A stretch of DNA of 64,000 bases from Eledone cirrhosa (taxonomy: Eukaryota), in the NCBI GenBank assembly GCA_964016885.1, contig OZ024742.1, forward strand, positions 127,224,001 to 127,288,000, in the 5' to 3' direction. Within the stretch, counting starts at the first letter, position 1. The number at the start of each line of letters is the position of its first letter. The position numbers and the translations under genes were made by a program. The notes under the pieces are model-generated. The model did not search any database and was not told the origin of the DNA. It was given only the letters and a program-made list of their open reading frames with translations. Shown here piece by piece: positions 13,174-28,003 of the stretch.

Positions 13174-13867
13174 TTAATAATAAATCATTATCATTTTCAT
13201 TTTTCAGTGGTAGTAGTGGTGGTGGCGGTGGTGGTGGGTGGGTGCCATTGTAACTGTTTGTTTGTTGTTTTCGTTATCTTTCTTTTTTCAGGCTCAGTAA
13301 CATCTGTCACTAGTGTTGTTGTTGTTGTTGCTGCTGCTGTTTTTTATTTTAGCTAAGTTAAGCTCGTAGCCATCACAACGAAGGAGGTATGGTGTGCTGC
13401 GTTCTAAAAATTTTGAATTTTGTTTTTCTTTTGATGTTGCGTTTGTTTTTGTCTCTTCTTTTCGACTTGTTACTTATGTTTGATATAAGTTGACATCCTT
13501 CCTTAATATTTGAACTAAACATTTTAAAAGAACTTATGAGATACAACAATAATAATTGTTATGATGGGATTGGAGGTGGCGGTGGCGGTGATTTTGCCGC
13601 TATTTGGCTGTTGTAGTTAGTGGACGCAGCGGGGTTTTCTTCCATTTGTAAACATTTTCTTTTTTTTAATTTAAGATTTTTAATATAAAATTAAATATTT
13701 GAGCTATATGCCCCGATATTATGGGGTCTCACTTCTTGAGGGTAAGGGTTGATGATGCCTTCTATCCCATTTGCAATAAAAATTATTATATCATAAGTAT
13801 TTTAGACATTAAAAAAACCATAAGCTTACGAGAACGAATCCATAACGATACATATACATCTGGGGTT

Positions 13868-14002
13868 TTACAGTTACTGCCCTTTACGGTCTGAGTTCAA
13901 ATCCTGCTGAGGTTAACTTTGCCTTTCATCCTTACGAGGTCGATAAAATAAAGTACCAGTAATGCACTGGGGTTATTGCTGGCCTTGTGCCAAAAGTAGA
14001 AA
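13868..14002 (+). mobile_element. SINE copy (same family as 11897-12290), 5'-truncated
   Basis: GAGTTCAAATCCTGCTGAGGTTAACTTTGCCTTTCATCC...GTAGAAA. Confidence 0.75.
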
Positions 14003-14529
14003 CGTCTCGGCTTTCTGTACATTTTGTTATTATCTGTTTCTATTGGCATTTTTGCCAATTTTTTTTCTCACAGAGTATTTATGGGGTGACTGACTTGACC
14101 CCCCCAAGGTAGGTGACCCATAATATTCGGGCCTTTTGCCTAAATATTGTATTTTCCCTTTTGCTTAATAAAATTTATTTCAAATTTCAAAATAAAAAAA
14201 AAATGGATGTTGAGCTTCTACATGCCAAATCAATACGCAGAAGAAAGGTTAAACATTCACTTCAAAGCAAATTATACCACCACCGTCAGTGTCGGCAGCA
14301 ACAACAACGATAATAAAAGAATATTCCCTGCTACAAATGAATTGCATTTCCCTTCATTGACAATGTCATTTACTAATGTGACTGCCGCCGTCCCCACTAC
14401 CACAAAGTCGGCAATCACGTCCAACACCATTGTCATCCACACCATCTCCACCACCACAGCAACAACTGGAACAAAAACATGAACTACAATAACAACACCA
14501 ACAGCAACAACAGCAATGACAATCACTAC

Positions 14530-15830
14530 AACAAAGAAAGCAACAAGCCGCTACCTGTAGCCTCAGATATTCAGGACGTATCGGAGGGTTCTTGCTGTTC
14601 CCAGCAAGCATGCCTTTTGAAGTGTTCCAAAAAAGATGGACTGGACTAATGTTCTTTAACCATCCTTGAAAACTCTTCGAGATAGTACCTAGTGATCCCA
14701 TGACAAACGGGGCGACCTGATCTCATGACAGTCCCAAATCCTTTTTAACTCTTACTTTAAATTCTGGTATCGGTTAATTTTCTGCTACTTTTCTTGCACT
14801 CTTGTGGGCTACATCTACAATCAGGCACGATCTTTTTTCCTTGTCCAAAACCACCAGATCAGGCCTATTGTGTTCTAATTTCTTGCCTGTCTGTATCCTG
14901 AAATCCCATAGCACCTTCACTTGACGTTTTCTATGACCGACTCTGGCTTATGCTCATACCACTTCTCAGAATGTCGTAAATTATTTAGTTTGCATAAATC
15001 CAGTGAATCACCTTTCCTATTATATCGTGCCTCCAACCTTTATAGCGAGACTGGTGGTAACACTCGGATACAATGTGAGTCACAGTCTCCCCTCTCTCTC
15101 CGCAGACCCTATACAGTGAGCCAGCCTCCTCCTTTTCAATATGGTGTTTCACCCACTTCGTTCTGAAGTCTTGCTATTGTGCAGCTATTAGCGTTCCTTC
15201 TGTAGCTTTTTTAAGGTCTCCTCTTTTTAACCAGTTCCATGTCTGTGGATCTCTGAATTTCGTTTTCTTAAAGAAGGTGTTATGATGGGATTTTTCATGA
15301 AGGCTGCTCTTCCTCTTTGATGTTATTTCTCCTTGTACATCCCCTGGTCTATTGTCTTCTCCTTCAGTACAATTTTGAGCGTCGGCTCCCTACTCTCAGA
15401 CACATATTTGTGCAGACCGCTCTTCTCCGTCTGAACACAACCCTCTACGCTGATAATACTTCTTCCACCTTCAGATCTCTTTAAGTAGAGTCTATCAACA
15501 TCACTCCTCTTGTGGAACATGCTGTAAGTAGTTTTTCTATCTAGCTTCCTAGTCTTTCTATCCATTTCTTTTTGTTCAGTAACATTCCATTGAAGAATTC
15601 CTGCACTGTACCTAATAATAGACACAGCTCGGGAATTTACTGCACTTATGACATTCCTACTATTTAGATGTGGTTTTAGTATGTTCCTTACTCTCCTTAT
15701 ATATTCAAATTTTATTAATTCCTTCATTGTATTGTTCTTGATGTCAGCTGCCTCCAGAACACCCAAATATTTGAATCCCTTTTCAGTGTCGATTTCCTTT
15801 ACTGACAGCATTGATAATCTCAAAAATTCT
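14530..15830 (-). mobile_element. R4/Dong-like non-LTR retrotransposon 3' remnant (RT thumb and RLE endonuclease)
   Basis: FKYLGVLE, AVSIIRYSAGILQW and DVDRLYLKRSEGGR; downstream VLWDFRIQTGKKLEHNRPDLVVLDK. Confidence 0.8.
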
Positions 15831-16679
15831 TAACTCATTTGATTAATCTGTACACACAAAGTCAGCAAATTTGAAGGAAGAGCAAAGTTAATTAAATTAA
15901 CCCCAGTACGTACTTGACTGGTACTATATTTGTCAACCCCGGAAGGATGAAATGAATAGTTGAGGAAACTATGGCGGATAAGCCTGATTAAGCAGTTCTA
16001 TGGCTGCTGTAGGGTGATTTTGTTTCGAACTACGAGTACTTCGAAGGCTTACTGCATAAAAAGTATCCGGAATGGTTGCGACGTAAATAAAGTCCATTAT
16101 TTAAACGTTGCTATCGCAAGAAACGATGTGTCAGTAGATTTAAGATTAGGATTTTAGTTTTAAAGTAGTTTTGATGCCACTGCCTCCATTTGTATACCTG
16201 TGGTAATGGGTATAAAACAGGTTTTCTAGTCAAGTATTAAAGTATGGTAGAATAAATAACCGGTAAAAGTATTTATGGAGATAATAAGTACACTATTAAC
16301 AAACATGGTTAGACAAGAATTCGATAGGAAATTATTGAAACGGCGCTTTCATTGTAGAGCTGGTTTGAAAGTAATGCAATAATGAATCATTAGTTGTTAA
16401 ATTATAAATATAAACTCATAAAATCTACAGAATGTACTGGCGGTTCTTCTTTCATTTGCATTCACATTAGTATTGCGTCACACCTTTCAAAGGTCATTTT
16501 TCGAATGTCAATTGAAAAGGCTAGTCATATTAATGGATTTGTTCAACTATATGTAAACAATATTTTTTTCTGAGAATTCTCATTGGGAGCGGCTGTATTT
16601 ATATATATTTCCTTTACAAAACTTATTTTGTGTGTAGTCAAAATATCTGTTTCCGATCATATAACTAACATGCAAGTTT

Positions 16680-17900
16680 GAGATGCCGCGGTGCGGAACT
16701 CATCTGCAACGTTAGTTTCGACAGCGCAGGCTCGCAACTGGCGACACTCCCAGCGTGGTTCGGTGGCCTCGGCCTCCGATCAGCTTCGGACCTAGCTTTA
16801 CCTGCCTACCTCTCCTCTATCTCCTCCTGTCGCGCTCTCATCAGCGATGTTCTCAGCGAGACGGTTGTACTTGACTTGGCCCCTGAGATGGACAGGTGAA
16901 GGCCTCTCTATCCCCCAGTATACCACGGTCCAACGTAACTGGGACGACATCAATTGCAGGTCCTCTGTCAGGCGGATCGAGTCTGGCTTGAACCAACACT
17001 ACCTCCGCCTTCTCCGCTCCGCTTCTCAGCCCAACAGCGGCGCATGGCTCAATTCGGTGCCTTCCTCATCAACCGATACCCTTCTTGACGAGTGCACTCA
17101 CATCGGAGTAGCCAACGTTCTTTGCCTCCGCGTGTGTGTGCCACATTAATGCTACTGCGGGGCGGTTGTTGACAAGTTCGGCCTGCACCCTCTGTCTTGC
17201 CACCAGAGCGCAGGCTGGTTGCCCCGGCACGCCGCTCTCAACGTCATATTGAGAAGAAGCCTGGACGCAGCTGGCTTTCTATCTCAACTGGAACAAGCAG
17301 GCCTAGACCGCGAAGATGACAAGCGCCCCGACAAGATCACCTTCCCATTCGAAAAAAATAGATCCTTTCTCTGGGACACCACCTACTGCGACACGTTTTC
17401 CGCCTCCAACTTAGTCGCTTCGGTCACAAACTCCGGCATCGCAGAAGAATGTAAAATAAACAAATACCGGGGTTTGTCCGGCCGCTTCCTCTTCGCATCG
17501 GTCGCCGTTGAGACCTCAAGCGTACATGGACCCCGTACTACCGAGCTTCTCCGTAAGATCGAAGCATCGGCGGCCCATCTGAGGAGGGAGCCCCACGGGG
17601 TTGGGTGGCTGTTGCAGCGGGTGCCACTGGCCATCGTCCAGGGGAATGCTTTTGCCGTCTTGTCAACGGGGTGCGCACTTCTGCTCTCGTGCCCTAGGCC
17701 CAAAGCCCAATCACCCTCCCCATTCACCCCTCCCCTCTCTTCTGCGACACCAGAGCTCTTGCCATCCCCTCCCCTTCCCGCTCTTTTTCTTCTTTCTTTC
17801 TCTCCTTTTTTCTCTATTTCTCTATTCTTTCTTTCCTTTTGTTTCCCCTTCTTTTTTTATTATTCCTCAGATATGTATAAGTGTGTCCCAAATAGTATTT
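16680..17900 (+). mobile_element. CRE-like (RLE-type) non-LTR retrotransposon 3' remnant
   Basis: ATLPAWFGGLGLRSA, SGAWLNSVPS, CxC..HPLSC..RHAALN, KRPD, LWDTTYCDT and VAVETS. Confidence 0.8.
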
Positions 17901-18164
17901 ATGTTAAAACTTCCTAGTTGTTACCTTTCACTGAAAATGGATTTGGGAATAGCAAGCAAGTTACTAGTCTCAGTTAGAGCCGTTATACCACCACCAACAC
18001 CACCGCCACCGCCCATAATCTTTTTCAATAATCTGTGACTAGTGGGAAGAAAGGCATTTTTTAAAACAATAAAGCATGCCATTATTTTTAAAATAGCCAG
18101 GACGTGATCAAATAATTGTTTGGTTGTTGTAACGATTTTAGATAAAGATATTCCACGAAGCAAT

Positions 18165-19187
18165 AATATCAGAGTAAGAGAAGATCAGAAGAGTTTGCGA
18201 AGTGGCTGCTACGTCTGGGTAATGAACAACACCTCCATTTGAATGAAGATGAAGTTGAAGTGCCTCCACTATCATGTGTTAATGACTATTTAGTGAATCA
18301 CATTTTCAGCGATATAACACAAGAAAAAAGAACGCGTGCCATTTTATCTCCCAAGAATGCTGATTGCTTATTAATTAATGAGGAGGTTCTCAGACAACTC
18401 CTTGGTAACAGCCATACTTACTACAGTACAGATAGAGTGCTCGCTGATGAACCTACAGAGGCGGACAGATATTCTACTGAATTTCTAAACTAACTTACAC
18501 CTTCAGGGATGCTGCCTCACAAACTCCAATTAAAAAGAGGATCATTAATAATGCTTCTTCGGAATATTTCAATCCAGACGGATTATGCAATGGCACAAGA
18601 TTAAAAGTAGTGGGAATGCATCAACATTTTATCGAAGCTTTTCATATCAATGGTCTTTTGATGGGCAGGCATGTTTTGATCCCAAGACTGAAGTTAGCCC
18701 CCAGTGATCCCAACATCCCTTTTACTTTGGAAAGAACCCAGTTTCCATCAAGACTGACTTATGCTATGACAATCAACAAAAGCCAGGATCAAACATATGA
18801 TAAAGTGGGTCTGTTCCTTACTGAGCCAGTATTTGGTCATGGGCAATTGTATGTCGCTTTTTCAAAAGTTCGCAGACAGTCAGATGTAAAAATTAAAGTA
18901 TTGAACACTGATAAGCAAGGAAGGCGAGGTAATAAAACTGTGACAAAGAACATTGTATGCAAACAGCTATTAAGATAATTCTGAGCCAATTGCAGTTTCA
19001 ATAGAATTCAATATTAAAGAATGATATGTGTATTAGGTATTGTATAGATTGTTTTTGTATATTTATTTATCATTTATTGCACAAGCAACAATAAGATTTA
19101 TATGCAATAGAGATACAAATCATTCTATTCTTCTTAAATAGCTCCTCTTCATCATTTTGTCCGTGGAATATCCACGGGTCCCACTAG
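18165..19187 (+). mobile_element. Helitron 3' part with degenerate PIF1-like helicase
   Basis: RAILSPKN, EFLN*LTPSGMLPHKL, LCNGTRL, QFPSRLTYAMTINKSQ, FGHGQLYVAFS and TKNIV. The 3' hairpin CCGTGGAATATCCACGG is followed by CTAG|T at 19184-19188. Confidence 0.9.
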
Positions 19188-20165
19188 TATCTAAACTATA
19201 ATAAAGAAATGAGTGCGGGATTGCGTCCAAAATATATGTAGCGACTAGCGCTACCTTGCCCTGGGAAAAAATTACAATGGTTTGTAACAGAAGCAAAGTA
19301 TGAAAATAAACATGCAGAAAAATGTAACTGGAATAAACACCTTCACCTCCACCGCAAAAACCACATACCACACAACCATATGTCACACGAAGTGGCAGGA
19401 CAGTAATATGGCCACGGAAACTCTCAAAAACAATATTCGTCTAACCCCTATTTGACTTTGAAAAATGTTGAACCTATTTTGAGCACTATTTTCCTTGCTC
19501 CCTTGTACTGTTTTGAATTGTATTGTTCCAGTTACATTTTTCTACATGTTTATTTTCATACTTTGCTTCTGTTACAAACCATTGTAATTTATGTACCTTT
19601 TGTTTTGCTTGCTCCTTATTCTACGGCTCCTCGCTACAATGACCTTACGGTTATTATCAACTATCGTCTGGAGGGGAGCCTTGTAGCGACTAGCGCCACT
19701 TTGCCCGGGGAGAAAAAACTAATTGGAGTTGAAGAGAGGGGATAGTATATGACAGATGGCAATTCAATTTACTGGTAAACAAGTATATAGAAGGTTTTTA
19801 ATGAGAATACAAAGAGTATATGGTTTATTTTATGTAAACAAGAATTTTTGGGAGTGCCTATTTTAATCTATACTTGACCAATTGAACAATGGACAGGGCT
19901 GGTCGTTTGGTGTAGTAGTATTAATAGATATAAAGTGTCAATTAAGGAAGAGGGAGATTTCACTGCTACTGAATAACAACAATGCTGGTATATGCATTAG
20001 AGAATTGAATTAAGAAATCTCATTTTATCTATAGCAGTTTATATTAAATGGTAAAGAGTAGAAGAGTTGATAGAATTAAGACTAATAGAGAATGTTAATA
20101 TGTATTTTGACAATCAAACGGAGATGGAGACAGGCGTTCAATCCTGGTAGTGTTTGTAATATGAA

Positions 20166-20235
20166 AATGTAGATTTCAAGCGATGGTTACAGTATAACGA
20201 TCGTTATACTGTAACCATCGCTTGAAATCTACATT
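20166..20235. repeat. Perfect 70-bp palindrome
   Basis: Two 35-bp arms with no spacer, centred on GA|TC. Confidence 0.9.
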
Positions 20236-20690
20236 CAAAGGGCAAAGGAGCTCTTAAGAGTCAATGGCCAGCCAAAATCGCTGGGAGAGATGACCCCTTA
20301 GCCTTTTGTCAAGACAGAATTCTAGGAGAAGGAAAACTCTGATATAACACCTGCAGCCCTGATGGTATCCAATGATATTGACTTGTTCTTCTTTTTGGTA
20401 AATATCATCTTGGTTAAGAGAGTGGGACTGGCTTTGTGCAGTGCCTTTGCTCACTATAAAAGCTTCATGGCACAGGCATTGCTTTATATCTGGAGATCTC
20501 TCTGCACTTGTCGTCACATGGTACCATGGGCCCAGCACTATGTGTCAATAATTGTCACAAGTGTAGTGTTTGTACCAGAGTTTTCAAGTTGCTGGCTGGA
20601 CTAAAAGGTCACACTTGTTCAGCGCATCGGTAAGGGTTCTCCTACATGGATATAAAGTAGTGGCCGTACTCGAAAACGAGTTGGCAGCCA

Positions 20691-20692
<2 letters not shown>
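20236..20692 (+). mobile_element. Short non-autonomous RTE-derived retroelement, copy 1 (5'-truncated)
   Basis: Homologous to 24431-24983, 27245-27852 and 47631-47948, sharing the 3' end GGCAGCCACC before a microsatellite. Confidence 0.7.
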
Positions 20693-20759
<67 letters not shown>

Positions 20760-20810
20760 GAATAAGGAAAAGCGAAGTAGTTTCAGATGTTCAAGTCCTT
20801 TAATAATAAT

Positions 20811-20884
20811 GCTGTGATATATATTTCAGTGACGACACTGGCCACACTGTTCTGTGTGCGAGTGTCGTGTCATCATCAGACAAC
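20811..20884 (-). ncRNA. Hammerhead ribozyme-like motif (inverted copy)
   Basis: Reverse complement of 21383-21456 with one stem I change that gives a G-U pair. Confidence 0.65.
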
Positions 20885-21382
20885 TTGTTACATAATAAGG
20901 TTATGTTTCCGAGGCAATCCAAATTGGATCGTTTATAATTTCTGATATTTGATTTAGGATTTTAATTTTTATTTCCAACTCTCACTCTTAACTTCCAACG
21001 TAAAACCATGATACCTAGAATACGTTTATTTTCCCTAATAAGGTGATGGTCAGTCGTACCGTCAACGCTTAGTGAGGGGTAACACTCTCCCAACCCCTCT
21101 GGCTCTCGGCTGACTGCCACAGCCGTGATGGGTAGCAGTAAAATATGGTACAGGCATTGGTGGGCCATTATTTTGGATGACAGGGTGAACTGACTAAGCA
21201 AATTTCGTTGAAGTCTGCGGTGGAGAATGGTCAACTTCCTTCGGACATGCGCTTGCGCAGGCCGGTGGGGGTGAATTGGTACTCACAAGGGAGCGGATGA
21301 AAAACCCAAGAACACACAATTCATCCATTCCCTTGTCGATCCAATTGGATTACCTCGGAAACATAACCTTATTATGTAACAA

Positions 21383-21456
21383 GCTGTCTGATGATGACAC
21401 GACACTCGCACACAGAACAGTGTGGCCAGTGTCGTCACTGAAATATATATCACAGC
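21383..21456 (+). ncRNA. Type I hammerhead ribozyme-like motif
   Basis: GCTGT-CTGATGA-[long stem II, ACGACACT/AGTGTCGT]-GAAA-TATATA-TC-ACAGC, with a predicted AUC site after 21451. The base of stem II is non-canonical. Confidence 0.72.
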
Positions 21457-22683
21457 ATTATTATTAAAGGACTTGAACATCTGAAACTACTTCGCTTTTC
21501 CTTATTCGATATTTACTCCGTCACTCCTATGTGGAAAAAGCACGTTGAGTGCTTGATGTGAATTGCATCAATATTTACCCTAATAATTTAGCTCCAATAG
21601 TTGAGCGCTTTACGATGTAACCGATATGGTGGAGAAGAGAGGAACCAACCATAAGCTACCCCGGAAATTCCCTCTACCATGGGGATGGAAACCCCTTACA
21701 CTGGACGGACATAATAGTAACTTTCGGCAGGATAAATACGCGGAAACAAATAATAGGATAAACCCCTATTTTCCTGCACCAAATCGCACTTGAACAGAGG
21801 CCCCCTCAATTCAATCTATACATGGACAGATGGACAATCATATGGATCATATATGTACTCTGTGTTTTTGCATTTATTCACTGTTGGTTCTGTTCTTTTC
21901 TTTTGTGTACTTTATGTCTGTTTTTCTTTGATTTTGTTCCATGTGATGGAAATTAGGACTGTGTACCAGATCCACTAATGCCTGGAGCCCTGTAGTTATA
22001 ATGTACGACACTGTCGTTCAATATGTGGATAGAGTAACTGTGACACTAGAATCCCTCTCAGAACATATTACTTAAACACCTCTCTCCATGTTATTTACTC
22101 ACTTCAGTCTATATTTTTACTCACCTCAATCCAAATTATCACCTGAAAAGAATTTTTTAAATTCTTTTTTAATTCTTTAATTTCTAATTGTTAATTTCTT
22201 AATTGTTTAATTTATAATTTCTGATATTTGATTTAGGATTTTAATTTTTATTTCCAACTCTCACTCTTAACTTCCAACGTAAAACCATGATATCTAGAAT
22301 AAGTTTATTTTCCCTAATAAGGTGATGGTCAGTCGTACCGTCAACGCTTAGTGAGGGGTAGTATTATGACCTGTAAAAACTAACACTCTCCCATCCCCTC
22401 TGGCTCTCGGCTGACTGCCACAGCCGTGATGGGTAGCAGTAAAATATGGTACAGGCATTGGTGGGCCATTATTTTGGATGACAGGGTGAACTGACTAAGC
22501 AAATTTCGTTGAAGTCTGCGGTGGAGAATGGTCAACTTCCTTCGGACATGCGCTTGCGCAGGCCGGTGGGGGTGAATTGGTACTCACAAGGGAGCGGATG
22601 AAAAACCCAAGAACACACAATTCATACGTTCCCTTGTCGATCCAATTGGATTACCTCGGAAACATAACCTTATTATGTAACAA

Positions 22684-22757
22684 GCTGTCTGATGATGACA
22701 CGACACTCGCACACAGAACAGTGTGGCCAGTGTCGTCACTGAAATATATATCACAGC
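22684..22757 (+). ncRNA. Type I hammerhead ribozyme-like motif (second direct copy)
   Basis: Identical to 21383-21456 and 1301 nt downstream. Confidence 0.72.
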
Positions 22758-22885
22758 ATTATTATTAAAGGACTTGAACATCTGAAACTACTTCGCTTTT
22801 CCTTATTCGATATTTACTCCGTCACTCCTATGTGGAAAAAGTACGTTGAGTGCTTGATTGAATTGCATCAATATTTACCCTAATA

Positions 22886-24430
<1,545 letters not shown>

Positions 24431-24983
24431 GGTGGGGGTCGTTGGCGACTAAACTGGTAACCCCACCGAGGTTTCTTGGTGACGAGGGTGATTTTGAACA
24501 TCCTGCAGGACTAAAAACAAAACCTGTCAAAGGGAAAAGGAGCTCTTAAGAGTCAATGGCCATCCAAAATCACCGGGAGAGATGACCCCTTAGCCTTTGT
24601 CAAGGCAGAATTCTAGGAGAAGTAAAACTCTGATATAACACCTGCAACTCTGATGGTATCCAATGATGTTGACTTGTTCTTCTTTTTGGTAAATATCATC
24701 TTGGTTAAGAGAGCGGGACTGGTTTTGTGCAGTGCCTTTGCTCACTATAAAAGCTTCACGGCACATGCATTGCTTTATATCTGGAGATCTCTCTGCACTT
24801 GTCATCACATGGTACCATGGGCCCAACACTATATGTCAATAATTGTTACAAGGGGAGTGTTTGTACCAAAGTTTTCAAGTTGCTGGCTGGACTTAAAAGT
24901 CACACTCGTTCAGCGCATCGGTAGGGGTTCTCCTACATGGATATAAAGTAGTGGCCGTACTCGAAAACGAGTTGGCAGCCACC
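24431..24983 (+). mobile_element. Short non-autonomous RTE-derived retroelement, copy 2
   Basis: Same family as 27245-27852, embedded in (TA)n. Confidence 0.7.
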
Positions 24984-25011
24984 ATATATGTATATATATA
25001 CATATATGTAT

Positions 25012-25056
<45 letters not shown>

Positions 25057-25082
25057 TATATGTATGTATATATATATGTATG

Positions 25083-25135
<53 letters not shown>

Positions 25136-25178
25136 ATGTATATATATATATACATATATATGTATGTATATATATATG

Positions 25179-25214
<36 letters not shown>

Positions 25215-25377
25215 TGTATGTACACATATATATATATATACATATATATATACACATATATATATACATATATATATACACATATATATATACACATATA
25301 TATACATATATATATACACATATATATATACATATATATACATATATATATACACATATATATATACATATATATAC

Positions 25378-25430
<53 letters not shown>

Positions 25431-25476
25431 CATATATATATACACATATATATATATATATATACACACATATATC
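24984..25476. repeat. Degenerate (TA)n/(TACA)n microsatellite
   Basis: Direct inspection. Confidence 0.95.
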
Positions 25477-26000
25477 ATGAAACTTGAAGCTCCTCAAAGG
25501 GCAATCACGAAAAAGATAGATGGCATGTCAGACCTTGACTACTGGGGTCGACTAGAAAACCTGAAACTTTACTCACTCCAACGTCGCCGTGAGCGTTATA
25601 TTATCTGCATGATGTGGAATCGCCTTCAAGATACACCCAAGGCTGGGGCCCCGTGCTATCCGTCCCATTCAAAAATCTAAATCGCAACTCATAACAACAA
25701 TACGGCACAATTATTTCACCTCAATCGGCCCTACTCTCTTCAACATCACACCAGGACACGTCAAAACAGAAACTGACCACACAAAATTCAAGAAGTCTTT
25801 GGACAAATTCCTCCAAGTAATCACGGACAAACCACCCACACCCGGATATGTCTCCGCAAACAGTAATTCTCTTCTCGAATGGGCCATGGTGCCCAAATCC
25901 TGAATTGAAAGACTTCGCCAGGTGGTGATATTAAGTTAGACATGGACTGGGCCAATACTGGCCAAAACATTTCAAAGTTATTCAAAGTTATTCAAAGTTA
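25477..26000 (+). mobile_element. CR1/L2-group LINE 3' fragment with tandem-repeat tail
   Basis: [40 protein letters not shown] and FKKSLDKFL, with tail (TTCAAAGTTA)x3 at 25971-26000. Confidence 0.8.
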
Positions 26001-26005
26001 TATAC

Positions 26006-26037
<32 letters not shown>

Positions 26038-27081
26038 ATATGTATATATGTGTGTATGTATATATGTGTATACGTATATACATATATATATATATATACA
26101 TATATGTATGTATATGTATGTATGTATGTATATATATGTGCATATATGCATATATATGTATATATACATGTATGTATGTATATATATATATATGTATATA
26201 TATATATACACATATATATATACATATATATATATATACATATATATATACATATATATATATATACATATATGTATGTATATATATATATACACATATG
26301 TATATGTATACGTATGTATATGTATGTAAATATATATATATATACAATTGTATATGTATGTATATATATATATACACATATGTGTATATATACATATGTA
26401 TATGTATATATATATATATGTATATATGTATATGTATATGTACATGTGTGTATATATATATATATATATATACATATGTGTATATATATATATGTTTATA
26501 TATATATATACATATGTGTATGTATATATATACATAGATATACATATGTTTATATATATATATATAAACATACATATACATATGTATGTATATATATATA
26601 TATACATATGTGTATATATATATATACATAGATATACATATCTGTATATATATATATATATATAAACATACATATATATATGTATATATGTGTATACATA
26701 TGTATATTTATATATATATACATACATATACATATGTATATATATATATGTATATATATATATACATATATGTATATGTACATATATGTATATATACATA
26801 TATGTATATATATATATATAACATATGTATATATACATATATGTATATATACATATGTGTATATGTATATATATACATGTGTATATATACTTATATGTGT
26901 ATATACTTATATGTATATATATATATATATTTATGTATATATATATACATATGTATATATATATATATGTATATGTATATACATATATATGTATATATAT
27001 ATACATATGTATATATGTATATATACATATATGTATATATATATATATATGTGTATACATATGTATATATGTATATATACA

Positions 27082-27177
<96 letters not shown>

Positions 27178-27244
27178 TATATTTGTATAAATACATATAT
27201 GTATATATACATATGTATATTTACATATATGTATATATACATAT
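26001..27244. repeat. Degenerate (TA)n/(TATG)n microsatellite field
   Basis: Direct inspection. Confidence 0.95.
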
Positions 27245-27852
27245 GTCAGGTCACCAGTTGGTGCTACTGGTAACATGTATCCCAGTACAACCTGTCTCAT
27301 GGTCGGGTCATTGGCGACTAAACTGGCAACCCCACCAAGGTTTCTTGGTGAGGAGGGTGACTTTGGACATCCCGCAGGACTAAAAACAAAACCTATCAAA
27401 GGGCAAAGGAGCTCTTAAGAGTCAATGGCCATCCAAAATCACCGGGAGAGATGACCCCTTAGCCTTTGTCAAGGCAGAATTCTAGGAGAAGGCAAACTCT
27501 GATATAACACCTGCAACCCTGATGGTATCCAATGATGTTGACTTGTTCTTCTTTTTGGTAAATATCATCTTGGTTAAGAGAGTGGGACTGCCTTTGTGCA
27601 GTGCCTTTGCTCACTATAAAAGCTTCACGGCACAAGCATTGCTTTATATCTGGAGATTTCTCTGCACTTGTCGTCACATGGTGTCATGGGCCCAGCACTA
27701 TATGTCAATAATTGTTACAAGGGGAGTGTTTGTACCAGAGTTTTCAAGTTGCTGGCTGGACTTAAAAGTCACACTCGTTCAGCGCATCGGTAGGGGTTCT
27801 CCTACATGGATATAAAGTAGTGGCCGTATTCGAAAATGAATTGGCAGCCACC
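27245..27852 (+). mobile_element. Short non-autonomous RTE-derived retroelement, longest copy (~610 bp)
   Basis: The 5' half resembles RTE 5' UTRs (CTAGGAGAAGG(A/C)AAACTCTGA). The 3' half encodes a degenerate zinc-finger-like C-terminus ([17 protein letters not shown] in copy 1). Confidence 0.7.
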
Positions 27853-27917
27853 ATATATGTATGTATATAAATATATATATATTTATATATATGTATGTAT
27901 ATATATATATATGTCTG

Positions 27918-28002
<85 letters not shown>

Positions 28003-28003
<1 letters not shown>

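Larger units (their letters stand above)
20760..22885 (+). mobile_element. Non-coding hammerhead-bearing element: inverted partial repeat plus two ~650-bp direct repeats flanking a ~625-bp unique core (retrozyme or non-autonomous Penelope-like)
   Basis: Direct repeats at 20932-21585 and 22211-22885, the second with a 22-bp insertion. 20760-20930 is an inverted copy of ~21338-21508. Both ends abut (TA)n. Confidence 0.8.

Noticed and set aside
14147-14526. Thr-rich or Val-rich ORFs
   Set aside because: Degenerate (AAC)n/(ACC)n simple repeats.
18239-18978. Host PIF1 helicase gene
   Set aside because: Intronless, has a stop and a frameshift, and ends in a Helitron hairpin-CTAG terminus.
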